Source: Vicugna vicugna (taxonomy: Eukaryota). Taken from it: 64,000 bases of DNA. The stretch's first letter is position 1; each line of letters opens with the position of its first letter. The DNA lies in assembly GCA_013265495.1 (NCBI GenBank), contig MU058198.1:1810419-1874418 (forward strand), read 5' to 3'. Shown one piece after another: positions 51,327 through 63,547 of this stretch. The translations under genes were made by a program, and so were the position numbers. The notes beneath the pieces are model-generated. The model saw nothing but the letters and a program-made list of their open reading frames with translations, made no database searches and was not told the DNA's origin.

Positions 51327-51505
51327 CAGCTGAGCATAGTGTATATAGTTTGGAAGAAGATGGAATTGGAAGATTTGTAATTGCAATGGCCGTCACAGGA
51401 TTTCTTTTCCTCTTCTTGATTTTCCTTTTGGAAACCACCTCATGGAGAGTAAGAACATTTGTGCTTCGCTATATTTTCTTTCGTACCTACAAGAAATTTA
51501 ATAAG
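51327..51505 (+). CDS. ABCA exon w18 (179 nt, or 176 nt from the alternative acceptor at 51330; phase 1-0): ...YSLEEDGIGRFVIAMAVTG...FLLET
   Basis: catcag|cag| tandem acceptor, AAG|gtgagt donor. Confidence 0.92.
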
Positions 51506-51984
51506 GTGAGTAGCTGGGTAGGAGACTTAGAGATGTCTCTAAGACTAAAAGCATACCTCTATACATGCCTAACTTCATTACTGAGATACAGGAATATAAA
51601 TCAATTCATGTTATTTGGGATCCATGTAAATCAGAGATCTCATCATAATTTGAATTTTGTGGTTTCTAAACATTATGGCCTCTACCAGTCAGGACATGGT
51701 ATTTTTAAATACTTTGATTACAATAGAAAGCTTTCCCTTGAGTATCTTCTGTATCAGAGAACCATGTCTTCCCAAAATTGCTCATTCACTCTGATTTTGC
51801 CCCTGGATAGTTCTAATAAACTCTCATTTAATACTGATTCTCCTGGCCTGAAGAATGCATACTTAATAGTAACTCTCTACAGCAGTTGTTCTCAAATTTT
51901 GGCATTTGTCATAATCTCCTGGATGGTTTCTTAAAATACAAATTTCTTGTCTCTGTTCTATTGTTAATGAAAAGTTTGTATAGA

Positions 51985-54210
51985 AAAATTAGTTGTATGT
52001 CTATATACAAGCCAGCAGCAAAAAGTGAAATATAAAATAATGTAATTTGAATAGCATAAAACATTTAAATGATGTTATTTAAGTAGCATAAAAACAAAAA
52101 CTACCTAGGAATAACCCTAACAGAAGTTATTGTATAAGACCTTTACATGGAAAATTATTTTTAAAAACTATTGAGAAATTAAAGAAAACATATAAATGAA
52201 GGAATATACAATGTTCTTGCTTCAGAAAACCCAATCATGGGAAGATGACAATATTTCCCAAATTGATCTAAAGATTCAGTGCAACCCCAATCAAAATTCT
52301 AGTGGATATTTGTGTGTGTGTGTGTCTGTGTGTGTAGAATCATCAGCTAATCCTAAAGTTTACACAGAAATGCAAAGTGATTCTAAAATTTACATGAAAA
52401 TGCACAGTGTCAAGAATCTCCAGGGAAATCTTAAGAACCAACATGGTGGACTTATGCTACCATACATAGGTGTTTTTTTAACTATAGTAATAAAGGCAGA
52501 CCAATAGAAGACAGGGTAGTAGAAATCACCCAATTGGAACAACAAAAAGAAATTTAAAGATGCTTAAGGGACCCTTGAGAAAGCATTAAGATATGCATAT
52601 GCATTATAGGGGTCCCAAAAGGATAATTTGGGGCAGAAACCTTATTTGAAGAAATAATGGCTGAAACTTTCCTCACCTGGAGAAGGAAACAGACATCCAA
52701 ATCTAGAAATCACAGAGTCCCAAACAAGATGAACCCAAAGAGACACATACCAAAACACATTTTAATTAAAATAACAAATTAAAGATAAAGAGAGAATCTT
52801 AAAAGCAGCAAGAAAAAAAATAACTAGTTACATACAAGGGAACCACCATAAGACTATCACCTGATTTTTCAGCAGAATCTTCAAGGCCACAACGGACTGG
52901 CATAATATATTCAGAGTACTGAAAGGGAAAAAACAACGAAGAATACTCTACATACTCTACTCTACTCTACTCTACTCTACTCTACTCGCAAGGATTCATT
53001 CTGAATTTAAGGAGAGAGAGAATTTCCCACACAAGCAAAAGCTAAAGAATTTCATTACCACTAAACTGGCCTTACAAGAAACATTAAAAGGACTTCTTTA
53101 AACAGAAAAGGCTGTGACTAGACACAATAAAATTAGAAAAGAAAAAAATCTCCCTGGTAAAGGCAAACATACAGTAAAGGTAGTGGATCAACCAGCTATA
53201 ACATTAGTATGAATGTTAAAAGACAGAAGTAGTAAATTAATCTGTATCTAAAATAATTAGTTAAGCTAAACACAAAATAAAAAGATGCAAAATGTGATAT
53301 CAAAAATATAAAAGGTGAGGGGGTGAGTAAAAATGTAGTACTTTTAAAATGCATTTGTCCTTAAGTGATCATCAGCTTAAAACAGACTGCTATACACATT
53401 GGTTGTTGTATATGAACATCATGGTAAGCACAAACTGAAAATCTGTAATAGATACACAAAAATTAAGAGAAAGAAATATAAACGTAGCATTAAAGAAAGT
53501 CACCAGATTACAAGGAAAGAAGACAAGAGAACAATAAAAATCAAGAGAAGAACTACAAAAACCCAGAAAACAATAAACAAAATGGCAATAAGTACATACC
53601 TATCCATAATCACTTTAAATGTAAATAGAATAAATGTTCCAATCAAAAGACATAAAGTGGATGACTGGATTTTTTTAAAGACCCATCTATATGCTGCCTA
53701 CAAGAGAAACACTTTACAAAAGGAATAGCCTATAAATCATGCAGCAGCATGGAATAATCTCACAAATATAAATTGGCCCAAAGAAGCCAGACACAAAATA
53801 ATATGTGAAGTAGAATTTCATTTATGTAATGTTTAAAACAGGCAAAACTAAGAAATGATAATATATATGGAATTATAAGTCAGAATTCTAGTTACAGTTG
53901 GGGATAATATTCTGCTTTCTTTATCAGGGCTAGTTATACCAAAAATAATTAAGATACGGATTTATGATTTATGTCCTTGTCTGTATAGATGTGATGCTTA
54001 AATAGTTTAAATTAAAATGATATTGAAGGTAAACTTCAGTAAGATGTGTAGTTAATAGAATTGAACCAATGTTAATCTGTCTGTTTTGATCAATGTATCA
54101 TAATTATGTCATTAGGAGAAGGCTAAAATATATACTGAAACTGTCCTGTCTTTATAACTCTTCTGTTAATCAAAATTATTTCAAAATAAAAAGTTTAAAG
54201 TTTAAAAAAA
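51985..54210 (+). mobile_element. Cluster of LINE-1 remnants (ORF2 piece 51985-52500, ORF1 to ORF2 start 52505-53720, old 3' pieces)
   Basis: ORF 53399..53728 ends MAISTYLSIITLNVN, the L1 ORF2 EN start; ORF1-like gagagaatcttaaaagcagcaag. Confidence 0.8.
52953..52987 (+). repeat. (TACTC)7 pentanucleotide STR
   Basis: Read directly. Confidence 0.95.
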
Positions 54211-54720
54211 TGATATACAAGTTATATTCTTTCATGCTCTTTCCACTATGTGGGATGCCCTATACCCCTCTTTTTTCTTCCTCATTGTAAGTCTCCTGAT
54301 GAGCTTTTATTTTATTTAAATTTACCTTAGACATTTCTTATGTAAATCCGTCCTTAGACTCCATTCTTCTTCTCAGAAATGTGTTAAGCTCAACTCTTTT
54401 GATATCTTACGAAATATATATTATTATTAAAGATGACTTTGGTTATGATTGATAGTTTTGTAGTTGTAGTCTTTGTTAAGTTGCCCATTTTGATAAGAAA
54501 ATGCTACTTGTTCATAGCTAGGAGTATAGTTTTTAAACTTTGGAAGTAGGGAATAAATGTATACATGAGAACTGAGGTGATATGCAGTAAGTCATCTGGG
54601 ACTGACTCAAACCTCCCTGAGGTTTGACAACTTTGAGATTATCTCCCAGTTTAGCCTCCCTGAAGCCAACCAGCTGTCTAAAGGGCATCCATCTGTATGA
54701 GTCTTCTTTTCAAAATATAG

Positions 54721-54846
54721 GATAAAGTGTCCATGGAATTATCTGGAGAATCTGAAGACGAAGATGTACAAAATGAGAGAAATAAAATCCTGAATCACGC
54801 TCAGGAGTCACTGAATTCTACAGTGCTTATTAAGGAACTCACAAAG
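54721..54846 (+). CDS. ABCA exon w19 (126 nt, phase 0-0): DKVSMELSGESEDEDVQNER...IKELTK
   Basis: aatatag acceptor, AAG|gtaaca donor; EDEDV..ER motif. Confidence 0.93.
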
Positions 54847-55068
54847 GTAACATTACTCAATGACCAACTTATGATGGTTTCACTTCTATTTAAGAGTGGG
54901 TCATTGGTGTCAAGGGCTCACTGTGGTTCTTTGGGATCTATGTGTATTCTCCCAATAGAATAGAAGAGTTCTTGTGAAATTGTCTGAGGTAGTCCATAGT
55001 AGTCTGAAGTGTTTTTTATGTGACCTATAACTATTCTTTACTATATTGTGTTTTCTGTATTTTTAAAG

Positions 55069-55263
55069 ATATATTTTGGAATGCCAGCCATTTTTGCTGT
55101 GAGAAATATCTCTGTTGCAATCCGAAACAAGGAGTGCTTTGGGTTGCTTGGATTAAACGGAGCTGGAAAAACTACTACCTTTGAAATTTTGACTGGAGAG
55201 GAGGTTGCGACCTCTGGGGATGTGTTCATTGAGCACTTTAGCATCACCAAAAATATCCTGAAG
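55069..55263 (+). CDS. ABCA exon w20 (195 nt, phase 0-0), NBD2 Walker [18 protein letters not shown]
   Basis: ttttaaag acceptor, AAG|gtaaga donor. Confidence 0.96.
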
Positions 55264-55500
55264 GTAAGACACTATTACTTTCTGAGATGTGAGAAGCATG
55301 ATGATTTGTGGTTGAAAGTAAGAGGCAAGTGGTGGGAGATGATAAATATGAATCATGGTAGGCACTGATACAAAACTGTTGACTCAGCCAGTGGATTCTA
55401 GAGAGAGAGAGAAATTTTTGAGGAGAGATGGTGAGGCAGTTAGAGAAGCCTTACCATGAGAACTTAAGACAAGAGTGTCTTTAGTTTTCTTTGAAACATT

Positions 55501-57885
55501 GGAGAGCAACATGGTAGCATAGGAGGATCGTGACTTTCCCTCCTTCCATGGATGCACAAAAATAAACAGTTACACAGGGATCAATTCCCTCTGAGATAAA
55601 TCTCGAAATTAGTTGGGAGACTCTCACACATCACACAACTGAGAAAATATGCACATCAAAATGCATAGGATAAGCTGAGAAATAGCTGCATCACAAACCA
55701 CCCCCCTACACACCACACAAAACTATGCCTTACAAGCAGGATAGAACCCCCAACTCCCAGCTTCTTCCTGAGGATTAAAGAGTTCAGACCACATATCTAG
55801 CTCCTCAACTTTTAGGCCTACCACCCGAGAGACTGGTTCCCAAATCATCTAGCTCTGAGGGCTGACAAGATGTGGCATTTATGAATTCCACAAGAATGCA
55901 GAGAACAGAAGGGCAGTTTTAGCAAGTGCACAAGCACTCCCAGTGATTATTGCCCATGGTTCAGTACGAAGCACGAAGACAAATACACCCAGCTCTCAGT
56001 TTTGCTGGAAAGGTCTATAGACTGCATACCTAGAGCCTCAGCATTCCTAGCTGCTTCCCAAATATTGGACTTCAAATTAGCCTGCATCTGGGAGATGATG
56101 GGGAAAGCAACTGGTAGTCCTCTGGGATTTAAGGCACTCACAGGACTTGTTACACCTTAATCTCCTAAGGCCACTAACACAGACAGTGATTTGGACAAGC
56201 ACAAAGGTTTAAGAGGATCTGAGAATCCTTGGCCAGGTTGATTGGTGATATTATCTTCCACATGAGTCCAGTCTGCCTAGACTAGGAGAATTGGTTGTTT
56301 GGTCTAATGCGCAGAAACCAATATAGGGAGTCAGGGAAAATAAAGAGTCAGTGAAATATGTTCCAAACAAAAAAGCAAGATAAATCTCTAGAAAAGGACC
56401 TTAATAAATAGAGATAAGTGATTCAGCTGACTGGGAATTCAAAACAATCATAACTATGCTAAGCAAGTTTATGAGAGCAGTGCATGAACAAAGCGAGAAT
56501 TTTAACAAAGAGAGAAAATACTTATAAGTACCAAACAGAAATCATAGATTTGAAGAACCTAATAACTGAATTGAAAAATTCATCAGAAGGGTTCAACAGT
56601 GAACTAGATCAAGCAGAATAAAGGATAAGCAAACTCAAAAGACAGACCAGTGGAAATCATCTCATGAGAACAGCAAAAAGAAAAAAGAATGAAAAAGAGT
56701 GACAATAGCATAAGGAAGCTACGGATGCTGTTAAGTGGATAAATATGTGCATTATATAAGTCTGAAGAGAAGGAGAGAGAAAGAAAGGGTAAGAAAGCTT
56801 ATTCAAAGAAATAATGGATGAAAAAAACTCAAAAATGGGGAAGGACATAGATATCGGATCTAGGAGGACCAAAAAAACAATGAACAAGATGAATCCAAAG
56901 AAACTGACACTGAGATACATACATATCATCGAGTTATAAAAAATTAAAGACAGAGTGAATTTTAAAAGCAGCAAGAGAAAAGTGACATATTGTGTACAAG
57001 ATAACCCTCATAAACTATCAGTGGATTTTTCAGCAGAGACTTTGTAGGCCAGAATTAGTGGGATGATATATTCAAAGTGCTGAAAGACAAAAACTTTCAG
57101 CAAACCTTTACTTCAAGAATGAAGAGGAGATAAAGATTTTCTCAAACAAAACTGAGGTAGTTTATCACCACTAGATCTATTTTACAAGAAATGCTAAAGG
57201 GAGTTCTTCAAGTTAAATAAAAGGGCACTAAACAGCAACACAAAAGCTTAATAAAGTATAAAACTCATTACTAAAACAGAATTGTTGCATCAGTGGTGGC
57301 CAAATTGCTTTTAATTCTACTATAAAAGTCAAGAGACAGGAGTATTTAAACTACTATAATTAAGTTATGTTAATAGATAATATAAAAATGTAAATTGTGA
57401 CATCAATAGCATATAAAGTGGAGGAAAAAGAGGTAAAAGCAGAGAATTTTGCTAATGAACTTAAGTTGTTACTAGTTTTAAAAAGCCTCTTGGTGACCAC
57501 AAAGAAAATATGTATGGACGTTTCACAAAAGAAAAGGAGAAAGGAATCAAACCTATCAAAACAAAAAATAAAAACTAAGGAAACACAAAGAAGACAAAGA
57601 GAGAAAAAGAGGGACAAAAGAGCTATAAGATAAAGAAAACAATGAACAAAATGGCAATAGTTAATCCTTCCCTATCAATAAATCTAAATGGACTAAAGTG
57701 CCCCCACTCCCAGGAGGGGAAAAAAAAACCACAGAGGCTGGTGGATGAATAACCAAGATCCAACTATATGCTATTTACAAGAACCTCAATTTAGATTTGA
57801 GAATACTCACTGGCTGAAAGTAAAGAGATGGAAAAAGATATTCCATGCAAATCGTAATAAAAAGAATGCAGGAGTGGCTGTCTTA
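55501..57885 (+). mobile_element. LINE-1 5' portion (5'UTR, ORF1, start of ORF2 EN), 3' part missing
   Basis: Starts ggagagcaacatgg; ORF1-like 56350-57200; EN-like ctgaaagtaaagagatggaaaaagatattccatgcaaat. Confidence 0.85.
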
Positions 57886-60071
57886 GATTAGATTTGTATG
57901 TTTGTTTGTATATTTTAGATATTAACCCCTTGTCAGTTGCATCATTTGCAAATATTTCTTCCTATTCCATGGGCTGTATTTTCATGTTATCAAAGGTTTC
58001 CGTGCTTTTAAGTTTAATTAGGTTCCATTTGTTTATTTTTGCTTTCATTTATTGCTATAATTTGTGTCTGAGTGTTCTGCCTGTGTTCTCCTCTAAGAGT
58101 TTTACGGTTTCAAATCTTACATTTAGCTCTTTAATCCATTTTAAGTTTATTTTTGTATACAGTGTTAGAGAATGTTCTAATTTCATTCTTTTACATGGTT
58201 CTGTCCAGTTTTCCCAGCACAATTTATTGAAGAGACCATCTTTTCTCCTTTGTTGTAGATTAATTGATCATAAGTGGGTGGGTTTATTTCTGAGCTCTCT
58301 ATTCTGTTTCATTGTTCTATATGGCTCTTTTTGTGCCAATACCACACTATTTTGATTATTGTAGCTCTGCACTATATTCTGAAGTCTGGGTTATATCTCC
58401 AGTTTTGTCCTTGAATCTCAAGAGTGCTTTGGCAATTCCGGGTCTTCTGTGGTTTCATATGAGTTTCAAAATTATTTGCTCTAGTTCAGTGAAAAATATC
58501 ATGAGTATTTTGATAGGGGGATTACATTAAATCTATAGATAACAATATTAATTATTCAAATCCAAAAGCATGGAATATCTTTCCATTCCTTTGTATCATT
58601 TTCAATTTCCTTCATCAGTGTTTCATAGTTTTCAGCCTACAGGGCTTCCATCTCCTTAGATAAGTTTATTCCTAGGTATTTTATTCTTTTTGATGGGATT
58701 TTAAATGAGATTTTTTACTTTCTCTTTCTGATAGTTCATTATTAGTGTATAGAAATGCAACAAATTTCTGTATATTAATTTTATATTCTGCAACTTTGCT
58801 GAATTCATTTATTACTTCTAATAGTTTTGGGTTTGAGATTTTAGGATTTTGTACATGGTATTATGTTATCTGCAAACAGTGAGAGTTTTACTCCTTCCTT
58901 TCAAATTTGGATGCCATCTATTTTTTTTTTTTCTTGTCAGATTGCTGTGGTTAGGACATCCTGTACTTAAACAGAGGTACCAAGAGTGGACATCCTTGTC
59001 TTGTCTGAGATGTTTCCTCTATACCCACTTTAATGAGAGCTTTTATCATGAGTTGACGTTGAACTTTGTCATATGTTCTTTCTGCATCTTAAGATGATCG
59101 TGATTTTTTTATCCTTCCATTTGTAAATGTGGTTTATCACATTGATTGATTTGTGAATTTTGAACCATCCTCATGACCCTGGAATAAATCCAACATTACC
59201 AGGGTGTATGATCCTTTTTCTGTATTGTTGGGTTCAGTTTGCTAATACTTTGTTGAGGATTTTTGCATCTATATTCATCAAAGATATTGGCCTGCAATTT
59301 TCTGGTTTGGTAACAGGGTAATGTTGGCCTCTCAGAATGAGTCTGAGAGTATCCTTCCTCTTCAATTTTTTGTAATAGTTTGAGGAGCATAGGTATTAGT
59401 TTTTCTTTCTGTAAATTTTTTTTATTGAAGTGTAGTTGATTTACAATGTTAATTTCAGGTATACAGCAAAGTAATATACATTTTTTCTTTTCAGATTCTT
59501 TTCTATCGTATGTTATTACAAGAAATTGAATATAGTTCCCTGTGCTATACAGTAGGTCCTTGTTATATATTTTATATATAGTAATGTGTATCTGTTAATC
59601 CCCAGCCCTTAATTTATTCCTCCCTTACTTCTTTATATGTTTGGTAGAATTCCCCAGTGAAGCCATTCAGTCTTGGGCTTTAGTCTGCAGGGAACTTTTT
59701 TTCTTTTTTCTTTTTTTCCTTACGAATTCAATTTCACTACTAGTGATGGCCGGTTTTATGTTTCTAGAAAAGTGCTGATTTCTTCTTGATGGTCTGCCCG
59801 CGGGAGATGGGTCTTCCTAGGATGAAGGTGCTTTTGCTCCTTTGCCACTCTCTCCCTGAGGGACTGGTCCTGCCCTGATTTCCTTTTTCTTTTTTTTTCT
59901 TTTTCTTCCTTACCTGGTTTGTGAGAATTTACCTTGTAGTTCCAATAGTAAGAAAAGTTCAGTAGGTGATTTGTGCAAATTGTTCCATACTCTGTAGGTG
60001 TGGTTTTTGTTGTATTCATGGGAGAGGGTGATCACTGCATCCTTCTACTCCACCATCTTGGCAGTCTCCCC
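57886..60071 (-). mobile_element. LINE-1: about 320 bp of 5'UTR joined to mid-ORF2, 3' end missing; nested L1 tail at about 59412-59625
   Basis: 5' terminus GGGGAGACTGCCAAGATGG on the - strand at 60071; ORF 59196..59390 [12 protein letters not shown] is ORF2. Confidence 0.85.
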
Positions 60072-61106
60072 GTGAGTTAACATCTTAATCATTTATTTAC
60101 ACTCATTTATTACCCTGTTGTTTAAAGTGGCCTTTTCACTACATCCCAAAAGTTTCAAAGTATTTTGAAAGATAAAGTGAGTTCTTTTAACCCATGAATT
60201 AATATAGTCAGAAATTAATTTCAAAATTTGCCAAATATAGAGGTTTCTAAATACTTATTGTTTTATTGTTGATTTTTAGTTTAATTACATTTTGGTCAGA
60301 TATTTTGTCTGAATATTATATAATTTTTATAATATGTTAAGATGTCTTTTATGACCAATACATAATTGAAATAAGAGCTAGGATCCCAGTTCTGCTCACC
60401 TGCAACTCAGATGATTCTCACAAAGCCACACTGCATATAATAGAGCATGGAGTATCCCACTTACAGTGCATCCATTTTCCACCACTACCAAAACGTAGGA
60501 TGTCACTGAGGTATCACTGTCCGGCTTCTCCTTCTGTAAGTCTTTGATTATGAACTGGAATCTCTTGGGACTAAACTAATGGAGAGTTATTAGCGAAAAT
60601 AAGATACCAAACTTCAAAAATATTCATCCAGTTAGTAACTCTAGACTTCACACTACTGATTTAGGTCTCTTTTACTTTTTAGGGCCATCAGAGCTTTCTT
60701 TAGGCTTATGAGTAAAAGTTAAGCCAATGGTAGAGTAACCTCTTTAGATCTCACTCCCCTTCTTCAGAGGAATATAGTTCTGTAAACAGGTGCATTGCTT
60801 TTATTTTAAAATTATTTTCTACTTATTTCATAGGTTGATTGTGACCTTTCTAGGGCAATAACATCATGTTATAATAATCTATCTTGGACACATACTTTTG
60901 CACACTTTTAATTTCAATACATGACAAGAGCCTCCAAGTGCAATGAATCTGTAATCACTAGGAAAGGAATTATTTGCAAAGACTGTTGGTTCTAACCTCC
61001 TTGGAGGCATGGGCTGGAAGACTTCAGGCCTTCTATGTTATCCACACTTCTTATATGCTCGGTGAGATGTAGATGACTTGTGTCCATTGTTATTCTTTTA
61101 CTTTAG

Positions 61107-61294
61107 GTAAGATCAAAAATTGGCTACTGTCCACAGTTTGATGCCTTGCTGGAATACATGACTGCTCGGGAAATATTGATCATGTATGCCAGGTTGTGGG
61201 GGATTCCTGAGACCCACATTAAAGCTTATATAAATAACTTACTGCAATCACTGAATCTGGAACCCCATGCGGACAAGTTTATCTACACTTACAG
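61107..61294 (+). CDS. ABCA exon w21 (188 nt, phase 0-2), NBD2 Q-loop [10 protein letters not shown]
   Basis: ctttag acceptor, CAG|gtgaga donor; not in ORF track. Confidence 0.95.
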
Positions 61295-61974
61295 GTGAGA
61301 CATTATACTGGTGCTCTCGTTGCAGCTAATATTAAGGAGTCTTCCTCTGTTTCTGATCTTTGGAATTAGTGCCCACAGTCTAACCAGAGGTCCACTGACA
61401 AACATAGGCAATGACTGGAAAATAACCTAATGCCCTGCCAGTATTTAGATGCAAGCAATAAAGCAGACCTAATTGGTATCACATTTTTCCCTTGCAGAGA
61501 TGAGACTCACAGTCCTGGTTCTATTGCAGTTGTAGCCATTGAATTACAAAAGAGAGCATCTTTCTCCCTACTTCTCTGTAGTTCTTTGTGTCTCAAGTAA
61601 GGGTGATGTGAATTTCTTTGTATTAGCCTTGTCATTATGTAGTTTATATATCTGAGAATCCCAAGGAAACTCAAGACTGAAAATATAAATCTCACTAATG
61701 ATGTGGCTAAAACTGTAAACAAGTCACCTTTCTTCATTCAAAATGAACATGACTTGATTTATACCTCTGAATTTGAGTCTGATGCCTAGGTTGAGTCACG
61801 TATAATCCGTATTTTTAATCTCTCTTCTATTTCCTGTGACTCAGCATTTTGGAAACAGGCAAACTCTTTCCTGTAAATAATGGATATGTATTAAATAGAT
61901 GTTTTATGCATTAAACTACTGTCACATATAGCCATTTCTGTTTCTGCTTTCTCTCTCCTCCTTTGACTATGAAG

Positions 61975-62145
61975 TGGAGGAAACAAACGCAGACTGAGTA
62001 CCGCTATTGCCCTAATGGGAAAGCCCTCAGTCATCTTCCTTGACGAGCCATCAACTGGTATGGACCCAGTAGCCCGGCGCCTGCTTTGGAACACAGTGAC
62101 ACAGACGCGTAAAAGTGGCAAAGTCATTATCATAACATCTCACAG
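61975..62145 (+). CDS. ABCA exon w22 (171 nt, phase 2-2), NBD2 signature (YS)GGNKRRLS, Walker [15 protein letters not shown]-loop ITSH
   Basis: Pyrimidine tract then gactatgaag acceptor, CAG|gtgtgg donor. Confidence 0.95.
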
Positions 62146-62353
62146 GTGTGGCTCACTAGGAGACTTGGTTAAGAATTAGTAGTGGCTATGGGAAGGCATT
62201 ATTTGGTGCTGGCAATATTGGAGAGTAAAATTGCCTGAGTATGTGAGTTCCTCCTTTATCCTACTGAATGGAATGGCCAAGAATCCTCATTGAGAGGAGA
62301 GAGCAGGAAGTTGAGGAGCTGTTCCATTTGAGAATTTAGCCCTCTACTACTTT

Positions 62354-62510
62354 TTTTAAAATTAAAGTATAATTGGTTAATTTACAATATTGTATTAGTT
62401 TCAACTGTATAACTTAGTGATTGAGTAGTTTTATAAATACTCCATTTATTATTATAAAATATTAGCTATATTCCAAGTGCTGTACAGTATATCGTGTAGC
62501 TTATTTATTT
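62354..62510 (-). mobile_element. Short 5'-truncated L1 tail with 9-bp TSD TACTACTTT (62345-62353, 62511-62519)
   Basis: aattaaagtataattgg...tttacaatattgtattagtttca...gtgctgtacagtata. Confidence 0.75.
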
Positions 62511-62679
62511 TACTACTTTGAGTTTGAAAATAACTCCATTTGCCATGATGTTGGTGATGGGCAGATGCAACTTCCCTTTCAAAGAGAGTTACAAAATTTT
62601 ACTGGATATCTGAACTACAGAATATGTTCTAATAGAGACTTTTTAAGCTTTACATCATTCTATTATTTTGTTTTGCTAG

Positions 62680-62870
62680 TATGGAGGAATGTGACGCTCT
62701 TTGTACCAGGCTGGCCATTATGGTAAAGGGAAAGTTCATGTGCCTGGGCAGCCCTCAGCATCTCAAGAACAAGTTTGGCAACATTTATATCCTAAAAGTC
62801 AAGATCAAGATTGATACAGATGAAGATAAATTAGAGGACTTTAAAACTTTTATTGCAACCGTCTTCCCAG
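62680..62870 (+). CDS. ABCA exon w23 (191 nt, phase 2-1): [33 protein letters not shown]...TVFP
   Basis: tttgctag acceptor, CAG|gtaaat donor. Confidence 0.96.
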
Positions 62871-63171
62871 GTAAATTTGGTTGTTTGGGTGAACTTTTTT
62901 AAATCGTATCTGTTACTCACCTCTGTATGCTGTGTATCTCCAGTAACTGTTTCTTGTGAGTTACTGACATTCATTGCTCTTCCATACTGAATTACTTTTG
63001 GAATGCTTGTTCTTTTAAATTTTTTATGTTTAGTTGTGCTAAGAAGTTTACACAAGGAACAGAAATATTTACCAGTCTCTCGTAAGGCAATTGTAGACTA
63101 GAGCTATCCATATGGTATATATCTAAAGTCATATATTTGAGCAAAATTCTCAACTATTAGCACATATAATC

Positions 63172-63547
63172 TGTATTAGTCTGCTAGGGCTGCTGTAATA
63201 AAATAGCACAGACTGGGTGGCCTGAATGATGGAAATTAATTTTCTCACAGTTCTGAGGTTAAAAGGTTTCAGAAGGTCTGGTTTCTCCTGGGGCCTCTCT
63301 CCTTGGCTTGCTGATGGCCCCCTTCTCACTGGGTCCTCAGACAGCCTTTTATCTGTGTGTGTGCATCCCTGGTGTCTCTTGCTTTTATTATGAAAACAAC
63401 AGTCATAGTGGACTAATGTCCCACCCTTATGACCTCATTTATCATTAATTACATTCCTAAAGGGCCTGTGTCCAAACACAATCAACTGGGGTTAGGACTT
63501 CAGCATATGAATTTGGGGGCAGGGGGGACAGAATTCAGTCTATAACA
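63172..63547 (-). mobile_element. MLT1A-like (ERVL-MaLR) solo LTR
   Basis: tgtattagtctgctagggctgctgtaataaaa...tctcacagttctg...ttaggacttcagcatatgaatttggggg...aattcagtctataaca. Confidence 0.88.

Larger units (their letters stand above)
67..62870 (+). other. Partial gene span (23 internal coding exons) of an ABCA3-like full ABC transporter, probably ABCA14/15/16 group; both ends outside the window
   Basis: Hand-spliced exons total 3976 nt in one open frame. Two complete NBDs: [21 protein letters not shown] and [25 protein letters not shown] motifs [43 protein letters not shown]. Exact paralogue not assignable without a phylogeny. Confidence 0.95.

Noticed and set aside
51506..51934. Longest ORF in the track (222 aa, 51266..51934) extending past exon w18
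   Set aside because: Only 51327-51505 has ABCA similarity. A strong AAG|gtgagt donor follows and the rest reads as intron.
61935..61975. Exon w22 acceptor is AAG separated from its pyrimidine tract by gactatg
   Set aside because: It is still the first AG after a strong tract and gives the correct YSGGN frame; within normal variation.
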